Origin: a virus
Reading direction: 5' to 3' (one strand)
Virus record (IMG/VR): IMGVR_UViG_3300028197_001229
Coordinates: 1-64,000 of that record
Length of the DNA: 64,000 nt
Shown here: positions 1 to 10,080 of the stretch, in pieces
Layout of the letters: the number at the start of each line of letters is the position of its first letter
Position numbering within the stretch: position 1 is the stretch's first letter
Program-made: the position numbers and the translations under genes
Notes under the pieces: generated by a model
The model's input: only the letters and a program-made list of their open reading frames with translations
Database searches by the model: none
What the model was told of the DNA's origin: nothing

Positions 1-9
1 GGATTTAAT

Positions 10-2199
10 ATGAACTACGTGCCTGAGATAGGTACGGAAGTTACTGTATTTTACCCGGGAGGTGGTGTTGGTTACATTATAGGTAGTACTCCTGAGACTA
101 CGTATATAAATAGAGAAGGTATGGCACGTAGGATCGGCACTGGTGGTAAACTAGAACAGACAAACAGTAGCTACGGAAAGCAGGGTATTTTTGAACATTT
201 ACGTCAGAAATGGGCAGGTGGTAACACATCTGATTTTGATCCCTTAAACTCATTCTCAGGAACTACACCACCGTCAGATCTAGTTGAGGGTGAATTTGAC
301 ATGTCTAATGCTATGGGTGTTGGGCTTCAGTTAATAAAACACTTTGCAATATTGAAAGGTGGTGACTTTGCAAAAGTAGAAGCTTGCGTCATAGATGACA
401 TGGTTAGAATAGTCAGTCATACATTTAGACACTTCTCTTCTTTCGGAGATTATAAAATCTATAATGATAGTGGTCGGTTAAACGTAGTATGGGATGGTAC
501 TACTAATGATTGGGAAAGCTATGGTAAAGAAAGTCCTAATGAGCCACGTGTAGAGACAAATGGAAAAGACATAGTAGATATTGAAAGTGACAAGTTTCAA
601 AACTTAGCTAAGTGGAGATTTTCAAGTTATATAGGGTTCTTAGGAGACTTTATTAACTTATTTGTAACGGATAAGTTAGAAGCTGTGCCACCCGAAGAGC
701 ATTTAGAACGTAGTGGTAAGGGTCGCTTCCATGTAAACGAAGACGGTTCGGTAGTGGTACAGAGTGTTTCGGATATAGTATTAGAGCGTGTCTGTAGAAT
801 ACCCGTACCATTGCAGTTACTGCCTGAACACGATGCAGACGGTGACGGGGAACAGACTAATGGTGAGTTACCATTCCCTTCAGACCAAGAACCTATTAAG
901 GCATGGGATTGGAATGCGTCAGGTGGTGTAGACAAATCTTTTTGGTGTGTTTATCAGTTAAGAGACTACGGTAGGTGGTTTTCTAACTACTATACCAAGG
1001 CAAGGTTCCATCAGTTAAAACTAGATTGGCGTGTACCTCCGGAGTCAGAAGTTAAAGAACCTAAGCGTAAAGATTCTGATGAAGTAGATAAACGACAAGC
1101 TAATGCAGGTATACCGGAGACTTACTATGACGTGTATTCTGCTATACGCCTATACAGGGATGGGTCTGTTTCTGTCACGGATGGTTACGAGAACTCTATA
1201 ACATTAAGTGAAAGTGGAATAAGTGTATCTTCCGCTACAAACTTACAACTTGAAGCAGCCGGTTCAGTAAACATAGTTGCCGGTAGAGACTTCAATGTAA
1301 TTGCCAAAAATTCAGTAGACTTAAGCGCACTTAGTGGTGGTATGAGCTTACGTTCAGAAACTTTCTTACAACAGTTTTGTAAGCTGGGTGGTATACTACT
1401 AGAGACTGAGACATTTACTGGTCCAAACATATGGAACGATGACGCAATAGATACTCCTGACGCGCAACAACTTGACCCGTCTAAGATTGGTGGAATAGTT
1501 TTATGGTCAAAAAATTCAAGTCTTAGGTTACTCTCTAAAATGGACATGGGTTTGAGATCGGAAAATGGTTTTCAAATATTTACAGGAAATGTTCAACTTT
1601 GGGATTCAGAAGCTCCAATGCTTTTTAATAAACAATTATTATTAACTGGAGATGCTGCCTTCTTAAAAGGTTTATTTTGGACTGATAGCTCTATAATAAA
1701 AGACCTGTATATTGGAAACGATTACAAATCTATATTCGAACATCCCGGCCATATAATTGGAGACAACGAAGAGGAAAAAATTAAAGGACCACCCGAAGAT
1801 ATATTTCAAGGGTTTGAAAAGATTATTGATTCCTTTAAGTCCAGGAAATGGCATGGTAAGTTTCAGCATAGAACTGATGAGGAATATGGTACTGATAATT
1901 TTGGTGATCCAAAAGCTCCTGATGCTATTTATGAATCATTAACTCAACAAGGCTTAAGACTAACTGCTCAAAATGTAGAGATTGGAGCAGAGGCAAGTTA
2001 CGGATCTTTTAATGTTACAAGTGATGTAAAGCTTGAAGGTAGAGGATACGCATGGCCAGGAACTGAAAAGCAACACTGGCACATGCCCACTACAGTCAAT
2101 GGAGAAGAGAAACTTTGGGAGCCATGTGGTAGTGACTCATTTTTAAACTATGGTACTCCTTTGGAATTAACAGATATAAAACTAAAACAACTATTATAG
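10..2199 (+). CDS. Baseplate spike/hub protein, Gp5/GpV/VgrG-like (probably 5'-truncated by the window edge)
   Basis: N-terminal YVPEIGTEVTVFYPGGGVGYIIG matches the GpV/Gp5 OB-fold signature. A beta-helix-like stretch follows (ISVSSATNLQLEAAGSVNIVAGRDFNVIAKNSVDLSA). The frame is open back to base 1. Confidence 0.65.
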   Translation: MNYVPEIGTEVTVFYPGGGVGYIIGSTPETTYINREGMARRIGTGGKLEQTNSSYGKQGIFEHLRQKWAGGNTSDFDPLNSFSGTTPPSDLVEGEFDMSNAMGVGLQLIKHFAILKGGDFAKVEACVIDDMVRIVSHTFRHFSSFGDYKIYNDSGRLNVVWDGTTNDWESYGKESPNEPRVETNGKDIVDIESDKFQNLAKWRFSSYIGFLGDFINLFVTDKLEAVPPEEHLERSGKGRFHVNEDGSVVVQSVSDIVLERVCRIPVPLQLLPEHDADGDGEQTNGELPFPSDQEPIKAWDWNASGGVDKSFWCVYQLRDYGRWFSNYYTKARFHQLKLDWRVPPESEVKEPKRKDSDEVDKRQANAGIPETYYDVYSAIRLYRDGSVSVTDGYENSITLSESGISVSSATNLQLEAAGSVNIVAGRDFNVIAKNSVDLSALSGGMSLRSETFLQQFCKLGGILLETETFTGPNIWNDDAIDTPDAQQLDPSKIGGIVLWSKNSSLRLLSKMDMGLRSENGFQIFTGNVQLWDSEAPMLFNKQLLLTGDAAFLKGLFWTDSSIIKDLYIGNDYKSIFEHPGHIIGDNEEEKIKGPPEDIFQGFEKIIDSFKSRKWHGKFQHRTDEEYGTDNFGDPKAPDAIYESLTQQGLRLTAQNVEIGAEASYGSFNVTSDVKLEGRGYAWPGTEKQHWHMPTTVNGEEKLWEPCGSDSFLNYGTPLELTDIKLKQLL

Positions 2200-2201
2200 T
2201 T

Positions 2202-2915
2202 ATGAGTGAAGAAGAAGAAGAAAATTTAGAAGACCTCTACAAAGAAGAGTCTGAAAGCTTGAAAGAAACTAACGACGAAGAACCCATACAGAAGGATCAA
2301 TCAGTCGATGATTTTATACAAGAAAACACACCTACAGCTGATAAGGAAGACACTCCTAAAGAAGATCCGATAGAGGTTAGTCGCGATAAAACCTTTGATG
2401 AAAATCCATCAAAGGTAGATGCTATCATGAGTGAAGTCTTGATCGACACTCAGAAGGTAGATATAACAGTAACGGATAGGCAGGGTTATTTAAAAGCAGT
2501 ACTTAATGATATGCCTGTGAAGTTAGACGTAGAATTGTGTGCTGGTCAAATAAAGTACAAGATTAGATCTAGGACTTCTTGGGAACAGACATGTCTATAT
2601 GCTGCACTACAAAAGGATCAGGAGGAAGAGATAGTAAAGGATCTAGCGTCTGTAGTTATACAGTTACAGAAATACGGTTGTGTACTTATGGTTGAATCTA
2701 TAAATGGCACCCTGTTTTCCAAAGAAACAATTCCGCAGGAAATGTCTGTAGAAGATGCAGTCGAAAGGCTCAGGACTTTACGACGGGAAAAAATTGAACC
2801 CATGAGTATGCCCAAGTGGGGACTTATGTTAAACGCACTTAGGTTATTTGAAAGTAAGCTAGCCAAGATGGGTACAGAGTGTCTTAACGAAAATTTTTGG
2901 GAACCCGCAGATTAA
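2202..2915 (+). CDS. Putative tail assembly chaperone (G-like)
   Basis: Acidic 237 aa protein two genes upstream of the tape measure; it ends just past a slippery heptamer. Confidence 0.55.
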   Translation: MSEEEEENLEDLYKEESESLKETNDEEPIQKDQSVDDFIQENTPTADKEDTPKEDPIEVSRDKTFDENPSKVDAIMSEVLIDTQKVDITVTDRQGYLKAVLNDMPVKLDVELCAGQIKYKIRSRTSWEQTCLYAALQKDQEEEIVKDLASVVIQLQKYGCVLMVESINGTLFSKETIPQEMSVEDAVERLRTLRREKIEPMSMPKWGLMLNALRLFESKLAKMGTECLNENFWEPAD

Positions 2916-2945
2916 GGCTATTCGTAGTAGCTTATTTGCGGGGTT
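2891..2945 (+). promoter_or_regulatory. Programmed -1 ribosomal frameshift signal (A AAT TTT plus 3' hairpin)
   Basis: X XXY YYZ heptamer in the ORF 2202 frame at 2891-2897. An imperfect hairpin begins 6 nt later (cccgcaga 2904-2911 pairs with tttgcggg 2935-2942). The -1 frame stays open to 3427. Confidence 0.7.
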
Positions 2946-3427
2946 TATTAAAACCATATTACGAAAACGGTAACCTCTCTATTATACGAGAGGAGCTTTT
3001 ACTTAAGGCGATATCAAGTGAATTTGATATGGAAGCTGCTAAACAAGTTCAAGCACTTGAAGTGGCTATGGCTCAGAACGTCAAAGATAAGTCGCAAATG
3101 TTCTCAAACCTATATGATAAGATAGTAGATTATAGGTTTGGTCTAGAATTTAGTCTGAATAAACAAAGATTAGAAGAAGAAGAGGAAATAGAGAGATTGA
3201 CCAATGACCCAGAAATTAATAAACTTATTCATACAGTTAATAAAATGGTGGAATCCGGAGAATGGGATGAGTCTACAAGACAAATGAATAAAGAAATAGA
3301 AAAAGATCAAAAAGAACTCGATAAACGGGAAGCGAATCCGTTTAAAGAGAACCCGAACCAAGATGGCTTGGTATGGCAGTGGGGATCTAGTGAGTCACAT
3401 CCCGGTCACCCTAACGACGAAGTTTAA
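2897..3427 (+). CDS. Tail chaperone frameshift extension (T-like portion of a G-T fusion)
   Basis: Lies in the -1 frame of the upstream ORF. Its only early start is a TTG at the slippery site. It directly precedes the tape measure. Confidence 0.6.
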   Translation: MGTRRLRLFVVAYLRGLLKPYYENGNLSIIREELLLKAISSEFDMEAAKQVQALEVAMAQNVKDKSQMFSNLYDKIVDYRFGLEFSLNKQRLEEEEEIERLTNDPEINKLIHTVNKMVESGEWDESTRQMNKEIEKDQKELDKREANPFKENPNQDGLVWQWGSSESHPGHPNDEV

Positions 3428-3430
3428 GTT

Positions 3431-6400
3431 ATGGATAATCCCGTGGATAAAATGGTACAGCGTACAGCCTTGGATCAGCTGGGAGGAAAGGTACCCGGGG
3501 ACATGTCTGGTGGTGATGTTTTTTCCGGATTAACTCAAGTACTCATGGGTTTTATGAATGGGCAGTCCGGTAGTGGATCTTCTACCATGTCTTCATCTCA
3601 ATACTCAAATCAGCAAAGAGAGCAAGATTTTGTTAAAAGTGTAATGAACACGTCTAGTGGAGAAGATAGACGTATACCTTCTATGTTACAAGAGGCTGGA
3701 ACTGCTGTGACAGGAAGTAGAGCTGGTGGGGATGAGTGGGAGAATGCATTCAAACAGTTACCAGAACAAATAAAGTCGGCGATCTTAACAGCTTTCAATT
3801 CAAGCGAGCTGGGACAACTAATGGGTGGTGACAGTAGTCAGATGGCAATGGCTTCTATTGGTATGTTAAAGGGTACCAATGAATTCACCACACCAGGCGG
3901 TTTACAGTTAGGTGGTCAATTTAGTAGTAAACGGAAAGCTTTGGCTGGTGATATAAATAAAGAGTTAATGTCTGAATTTGTAGATCCCGACACTGGACTA
4001 CCTATTATGGACAAGACTCAAGGACAGAGTTTTGAGAATATAGGAAAATTTGCACAGACCATGGCCTCTGAGGGAGGGTTGAGTCCTAAGGAGCTTATAA
4101 AAAGCATAGATAGTGAAAGCGGAGCTGTAGAGTTGGATAAGTCTGCATTAGATGGTGCCCAGACAAATATAAAAAAAGGAATGGAGTTGTTCCGAAACTT
4201 ATCTGATGTATTCGGTAGTAATGATTTTAATGAGCTCATGAGTCAGGCTCAGCGTTTAGGAGGGCTAAACATGAGTGACCCTTCATCTATTGGGAAAACT
4301 TTATCTGCCGTTAGAAATGCTAGAGGTGTAGCTCGTTCAGTAGGTCTCGATGAACGTAAGGCTTTGGGGGATCTAGGTTTAGCAAATGACACGATGGTGC
4401 AAATGGGTGTAGACAGGCGGACAGCTGCAGCGTTTAACTTAAGTACCTTCGCAGGGGCTGCCACACAAGGCCAATCAAATACTCAAAACATTAGCCCGTT
4501 TGACTCAGGGTTTAGAAAAAGATTGGGTTCCAGTGAAATGATTCAACAAGCTGGCATGAGTAACACTCAAATGCTAGCTGAAGCTGAAGCTAATCCACAT
4601 GGTGAAGTAGCTATGGCTCAGGCAGCTAGAATATTTTTCTCAAAACCGGGTAGGGAGGATCAGTTCTCTCCTGAGTTAATTAAAAAGAAAAATGATGCTC
4701 TGAATGAAAAAGATCCTGCTAAAAGAGAGCAAAAGCTCAGAGAGGTTATGTCTAATATTAAGACTGAGTCTGGTATAGATGTACTAAGTCAAGTAAAGGA
4801 ACAGGGTTTAAGTAACTTACGGGAAACAGCAGACTCTGATACACTTGACGCTATGGCTGAGGATAATTTTCAGATCCTACAAAGTCGTAATAAAAACAGG
4901 TTCAGAGAGAACTACATGCGTCATGAATTCAACACTGGGAGAATGCGTGCAGAGTTGGGCGAGGGTCATGAGTTAATAGATGATGTAAATGAATTTGAAG
5001 ATCTACTTACAAACGCACCGGATACGGTTGGTTTGGAGAAGATGTCACACTTACTTGCAATATCCGAAGGTAGGGATGAAGAGATTACATTTTACGATAG
5101 CGAGTCAAAGTCTTACATAACTAAAAGTGCAAAAGAGATGACTCCGGATGAGCGGAGAAAATCTATAAACAGTCAACTAGTGGCAGAAGGTGTAGATGTA
5201 GGAGAAGCAAAAACTTTAACGGACTCTATAATGAAAGCTCCGCAAACACTTGATTCTGTTGAAAAAGAAACTGGTATGCGGCTGAACAATGCTTCTAAAG
5301 GAGCTGCTAACCTTAATGAAAACTTAGGTTCAGAGATGTCAGCTTTTAGGTTGTCGAAGTCAGCCCGCGATAGGGGTGCTTTAGCGGGCGAGCAAGGGGC
5401 TAAGGAGTTACGTGGAGGGCCTGCCATGACGGACCCCTTACAGAATGCTTTGTTTGGATTTCTAGGACAAAATATTCAAGCTGAAAAAGATCAGGCTTTT
5501 CGGGATCTAGAGGAAGCTGGAGATTTTGCAACTGACTCTATAGATATAAATTCACTATCCACTACAGCTACTCAAAAAGAATTGTTTAGTGATATATCAG
5601 ACACCACAGATCCAGAAAAACTTAAAGAAATAAGTAAGAGAAAAAATACAAAAACTGCAATGAACGATTTAGCTCAGAGGATTATACCTGAGCTTCAAGA
5701 CTTTAAGGTAAAAAATAAAGATGGAGAAGATGTAGGTTTAGCCGAGCAAATACTAGCTGATCAGGGATTTGAAGACCCGGCTGCGTTATTAGAGAAGTAC
5801 AGACTAGATATGGCTGAGGCTATTGAGTTAGAATCTCAAGGCAAAGATGAAGAGGCAGCAGCTTTGCGTGAGAAGAACCTAGCTGTAACTGGGGCTTTGT
5901 TAGGGGAATTGGGTGGTAGTGGTGGTAGTGCGCCCATGGGTGTGTTAAAGACTTTAAAAGATGCAGGTCATGCTACTAATGTAAGGAAGGAAACAAGTGA
6001 GGACAGGAAGAAAGAGATAGCAGAACTAGAAGAAAAGATAGGAATGGATTCTCTGGACGAACTTAATGAAGGTAAGGATAAGCTAGACAGTTTAGACGAA
6101 TTGGACGAACAGCGAAAACTTGTAGAAAATTTAAGAGCTGAGTCAGAAGGTAAAATTGATGAAGGTAAGCTAGGTGAAGCTGATATGCTACGTGAATCGG
6201 CTAACAATTTACTTACAGATGAAGATAAAGCTTTGTTGGCAGGAGAAGAACCTCAAGACGTTAAGATGGCCCGGCTCCGGCTTGAAAAGGGTAATGCACA
6301 GGACGGTGATGAGGAACTTATAGCTGAACATGATAAGAAGAAAGCAGCTGCCGAAGCTAAGATGGCACAAAGAGACAAAGATCTTGCTGCTGCTGACGAA

Positions 6401-7177
6401 CTTGATGCAGCAGGTGGTCGTGAATCAAAAGATAAATTGTCAGCGGAAGAAAAAGAACTAGCTGATATGGAAGCAGAATTTGGAGGTATTGATAGAGAAG
6501 AGTTACAGGAAAGTGTTGACGCATTAGAAGGTGGTATTGATCAAGATGCTGTAGATAGAAGAGAAGAGCTGTTAGCTCAAGGAGAAGATGATAGATTTTT
6601 ACTAGACGTTGCAGAAGGTGGTGCTGAAGATGTCGAGAAGAGAAGAGCTTTTAATAGGAATATAGATGTAAAGAAAGGCAAGAGATTACTAGATTTGAAA
6701 AAAGATCTAGGCATAGATGATATAGATACAACTAAGTTAGAAGAAGGTTTAGAAAGTGGAGAAGAAGATAACGTTACTGGTATAGACAAATTGTCTGATG
6801 AACTGATTACGGGAGATGCTTTGGGGCAAAAAGGAGAAGAGGATGCAGACTTGATAAGTAGGTTGGCTAGTGGTGGCGAAGATGCAGAGGAAGTAATGGG
6901 CGGTTTAAAGCAGTTCGGAATGGGAGCTAAAGATGTACGTAAAGACCTACAAGAAGCAGACAGCATGGTCAGGGAAGAGATGAAGAATACTGAAGACAAG
7001 GAGAGTGCAGGGTTTAAAGCTTTAGAGAACAGACTAAAAGAGATTGCAGAAGCTCAGAAAAATGTAAATGCAAGTTTTACATCTGACGATACGCCTGGAC
7101 TTTTAGTAGAGTTAATTGATAAGATGAGTACTCTCATAGGAGGTGGTACAACACTTCCTGTAACGCTAAAAAATTAA
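3431..7177 (+). CDS. Tail tape measure protein (putative)
   Basis: 1248 aa, rich in A/G/E/K/L and helical-looking, no Cys. Sits between the chaperone pair and hub-like genes. Confidence 0.7.
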   Translation: MDNPVDKMVQRTALDQLGGKVPGDMSGGDVFSGLTQVLMGFMNGQSGSGSSTMSSSQYSNQQREQDFVKSVMNTSSGEDRRIPSMLQEAGTAVTGSRAGGDEWENAFKQLPEQIKSAILTAFNSSELGQLMGGDSSQMAMASIGMLKGTNEFTTPGGLQLGGQFSSKRKALAGDINKELMSEFVDPDTGLPIMDKTQGQSFENIGKFAQTMASEGGLSPKELIKSIDSESGAVELDKSALDGAQTNIKKGMELFRNLSDVFGSNDFNELMSQAQRLGGLNMSDPSSIGKTLSAVRNARGVARSVGLDERKALGDLGLANDTMVQMGVDRRTAAAFNLSTFAGAATQGQSNTQNISPFDSGFRKRLGSSEMIQQAGMSNTQMLAEAEANPHGEVAMAQAARIFFSKPGREDQFSPELIKKKNDALNEKDPAKREQKLREVMSNIKTESGIDVLSQVKEQGLSNLRETADSDTLDAMAEDNFQILQSRNKNRFRENYMRHEFNTGRMRAELGEGHELIDDVNEFEDLLTNAPDTVGLEKMSHLLAISEGRDEEITFYDSESKSYITKSAKEMTPDERRKSINSQLVAEGVDVGEAKTLTDSIMKAPQTLDSVEKETGMRLNNASKGAANLNENLGSEMSAFRLSKSARDRGALAGEQGAKELRGGPAMTDPLQNALFGFLGQNIQAEKDQAFRDLEEAGDFATDSIDINSLSTTATQKELFSDISDTTDPEKLKEISKRKNTKTAMNDLAQRIIPELQDFKVKNKDGEDVGLAEQILADQGFEDPAALLEKYRLDMAEAIELESQGKDEEAAALREKNLAVTGALLGELGGSGGSAPMGVLKTLKDAGHATNVRKETSEDRKKEIAELEEKIGMDSLDELNEGKDKLDSLDELDEQRKLVENLRAESEGKIDEGKLGEADMLRESANNLLTDEDKALLAGEEPQDVKMARLRLEKGNAQDGDEELIAEHDKKKAAAEAKMAQRDKDLAAADELDAAGGRESKDKLSAEEKELADMEAEFGGIDREELQESVDALEGGIDQDAVDRREELLAQGEDDRFLLDVAEGGAEDVEKRRAFNRNIDVKKGKRLLDLKKDLGIDDIDTTKLEEGLESGEEDNVTGIDKLSDELITGDALGQKGEEDADLISRLASGGEDAEEVMGGLKQFGMGAKDVRKDLQEADSMVREEMKNTEDKESAGFKALENRLKEIAEAQKNVNASFTSDDTPGLLVELIDKMSTLIGGGTTLPVTLKN

Positions 7178-7663
7178 ATGAGTAAAATCTTACAGTTTGA
7201 AAATGGAGTAGCTATCTACAAACGTGGTGGAAAGCGCATATTTTCGGGCTCAGGATTACCTAACGTCTTAACTCCAGGTTCAGGTGGTAGCTTACCAATT
7301 TACTTAACAAGTGTTGACGTTTCTGATTTTGATGTAACAGGTAAAGTTATATGTCTGAACGACAAAAGAGTTCTTTATGAATTTGGTAAGGGTTTTGGTA
7401 CAATACAGATAAGTGGAGAAATACTAATGGGAACTCCAGCTGAAAGTAAACATATTCATGGTAAGTTAAAACCTATAATATCATTTTTTAACGAAAAAAG
7501 AGTGTCTTCTGCAGGCGGAAAAACTCCACTAACAATAAACGCAGGAAAGCTTGGTGGTAAGTTTAAGTTCTATCTAACTACATTTCAATTCGGACAAATT
7601 AGAGCAGACATTGGTTTAATAAATTTTACCATGTCCGGTGATATGATATCTATGACAGTATAA
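7178..7663 (+). CDS. Putative tail tube initiator / baseplate protein
   Basis: 161 aa, beta-rich (YEFGKGFGTIQISGEILMG), immediately after the tape measure; the call rests on position. Confidence 0.4.
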   Translation: MSKILQFENGVAIYKRGGKRIFSGSGLPNVLTPGSGGSLPIYLTSVDVSDFDVTGKVICLNDKRVLYEFGKGFGTIQISGEILMGTPAESKHIHGKLKPIISFFNEKRVSSAGGKTPLTINAGKLGGKFKFYLTTFQFGQIRADIGLINFTMSGDMISMTV

Positions 7664-8430
7664 TGATCTGTGACACTAAAGTAATAAAAAAAGGTAAACT
7701 AAAATATAATGAATTAGTTTATCGTATGACTAACCGAAGGGATGGTTTTGTTTCCAACAAAATAGCAGATTCCAATTGGTTTGTACCAGAGGAACAGACT
7801 AAGGATTGGTATAAACTACAATCAGGACTTTACCTAGACGTTATAAGTACTGACTACTACGTATTTCTAGCTACAAGTATACTCATGTCTCACCCGGACA
7901 TATACAGAGAGTACGACAACAAAACACTAACATTTGGTGTCAATGCTGTTCAAGATGTGAAATGTAATTTTACTGGTGGTAAGTTTACAACTGTTGGTAA
8001 GGAAATGGGTAGGATGCTTCCTTACAGAGACGTAATGCCTGTACCAACAAAATATTTAATAAGAAAGAAAAATACAAACAACTTACTAGTAAGCACTGAC
8101 GTTGGTAGGAACTATGGGTGTGAGTTTAATAGCTTTGACCGGGACGGTAACTCAGTACTTATGGTAGACTGGCACGAACGCCTTCCCTTTTCTGGACCTA
8201 TGGTGTTGGATGGTATGTTAAGTGATGCAAGCCAAGTAAATATAGACTACATTCCTTATGGTTTGGATATCGCACAATGGGTAAAATATATTGACGCAAA
8301 AATGGTAGTATCTAACCTGCTTAATAAAGTAAATCTTTTTGCACCTTACGCTAACGCCACAAGCGATTCAGAAAAACTTGCATTACTTATCATAACTCTG
8401 GTATTACTAAATACTTCTAAAAGTAATTAA
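7663..8430 (+). CDS. Hypothetical protein in tail module
   Basis: 255 aa ORF overlapping the upstream stop (TAATG). Confidence 0.5.
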   Translation: MICDTKVIKKGKLKYNELVYRMTNRRDGFVSNKIADSNWFVPEEQTKDWYKLQSGLYLDVISTDYYVFLATSILMSHPDIYREYDNKTLTFGVNAVQDVKCNFTGGKFTTVGKEMGRMLPYRDVMPVPTKYLIRKKNTNNLLVSTDVGRNYGCEFNSFDRDGNSVLMVDWHERLPFSGPMVLDGMLSDASQVNIDYIPYGLDIAQWVKYIDAKMVVSNLLNKVNLFAPYANATSDSEKLALLIITLVLLNTSKSN

Positions 8431-8433
8431 GTT

Positions 8434-10074
8434 ATGGCTAATGATAATGTAGAAGTACGTGAAGTAGACGTAGTTGTTACCGGTAGTGGTATGGAAAATT
8501 TTGCCATTACAGAACTTACGTTTACAAATGCAGTAAACTCATTTCCGTCGTGTGTTGTTCGTGGTGTAAGGGCAACTAGTACAGAAGGTGGTTTGATGTC
8601 TGCAGACGTAGGTGTAAAGTCAGTATCATTAAAAGATATATGTGATGGACTTTCTAAGGATCAGAACGATATGTTTAAAGATGGTAATGAATTAGACATA
8701 TTAGTTAAAGACGACGGGCAGGGTAACAGTATGACAATGACCGGGGTAAGTAGCGCACCCGGACTTAAAATAAACGCAGGTAAAATTGCTGAACAAAGAG
8801 CTGTTGTACATCCAGATCAGAAAATTTCAGGAATAAATTTAGGAATCTATGCACTAAAGGATGAGACTGGTAACTCCTCTGAGATACCTATGACTACTGT
8901 TAACCCTAAGGATAACGACATTGTGTCTTCGCATATTGACGCAATTGTGGACTGGATGATTTCTGGACCATCTACTGAGACAAAGGGTCATTCATTGGGG
9001 ATAAACAAACATTTAAAAGATACGCATGATAATAATAAAACTTTGTATGGTATCCTTTCTAAGATACTAAAAGGTTCATCTGATACAAACTTAGGTTGGG
9101 CAGATCGTTCTAAAGAGATACTTGCTGGTAACCAACAGTACTACTCGTGGTTTCATAATTTATTTAAAAGTAGTACCAGCTACTTAGGCACTGAGTTATC
9201 TACAATAAACCCATCATTTTTATTCACACATTGTTGTGGTTTTGATAACGTAGAAGGTGATAGTAGAATATTTCATTCACAAGTTAATTGTGGGTCGGGG
9301 AAATATTACAGTGAAGAATCTGTAGATCTAATAAGTTTACAATATGGTATGGGTGGGTTGGGAGAGCTCCCACTTGGGCAGATGATAATAACTACTAATA
9401 TAATTGGTAAGTATGGTGACAAAGGTCCTAAGGGGCATGGTCAGGAAACCGTAGCGGGTGCTATATCAAAAGGTATGCCTCTTAATGGTAACTGGCCTGA
9501 AAAAAAGAGCCCAAAGCATGGGGAGACAAAAACTGTAATGATGCCCCGTTGGATGGAACATCAATATGCAGCTGAAGATTCACCAAAGATACCAAAAGGA
9601 TTAGGTGGAAACCCAGGTAATCGTAACGCCAAAAAAGATGCTGAAGATTCTAAGAAAAAGATAAAAGATAAATTTGCAGATAAACGTATATCTAGCACTG
9701 AAGAGTTTTTGAGTTTGTGGGCTTCAAAGCATTACGTACAACAAACATTAGCAAACCACACGTGTTCTTTACAAATACCGTTGGATATTAGTTGGGGTTG
9801 TGGTGGGGGTGGTTTGCCTGGCGGTACATTAGGCGGTGGTGGTAAGCCTGTAGGCTCAGTGTATAGTATATCAGCAAACAACTATAAAGAAGGTGGGCAG
9901 GAAATTCATTTGTTTGAAGGCTACTTACACTCAGTAACCCACGAGATGTCCGTAGGAGAGGCTCAAGGTAGAGCTATAACACACTTGGTATTTACACATG
10001 TGAAGGGCGTGGCTTGGAGCGGTTATGAACCGCCATTTGGCTGCGGACCGTGGGTAGAGCCTACTACAACTTAA
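8434..10074 (+). CDS. Baseplate hub protein (T4 gp27 / Mu gp44 / P2 GpD-like, putative)
   Basis: N-terminal AITELTFTNAVNSFPSCVV and C-terminal FEGYLHSVTHEMSV...AITHLVFTHV are typical hub-protein termini; context agrees. Confidence 0.5.
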   Translation: MANDNVEVREVDVVVTGSGMENFAITELTFTNAVNSFPSCVVRGVRATSTEGGLMSADVGVKSVSLKDICDGLSKDQNDMFKDGNELDILVKDDGQGNSMTMTGVSSAPGLKINAGKIAEQRAVVHPDQKISGINLGIYALKDETGNSSEIPMTTVNPKDNDIVSSHIDAIVDWMISGPSTETKGHSLGINKHLKDTHDNNKTLYGILSKILKGSSDTNLGWADRSKEILAGNQQYYSWFHNLFKSSTSYLGTELSTINPSFLFTHCCGFDNVEGDSRIFHSQVNCGSGKYYSEESVDLISLQYGMGGLGELPLGQMIITTNIIGKYGDKGPKGHGQETVAGAISKGMPLNGNWPEKKSPKHGETKTVMMPRWMEHQYAAEDSPKIPKGLGGNPGNRNAKKDAEDSKKKIKDKFADKRISSTEEFLSLWASKHYVQQTLANHTCSLQIPLDISWGCGGGGLPGGTLGGGGKPVGSVYSISANNYKEGGQEIHLFEGYLHSVTHEMSVGEAQGRAITHLVFTHVKGVAWSGYEPPFGCGPWVEPTTT

Positions 10075-10080
10075 GTTTTT

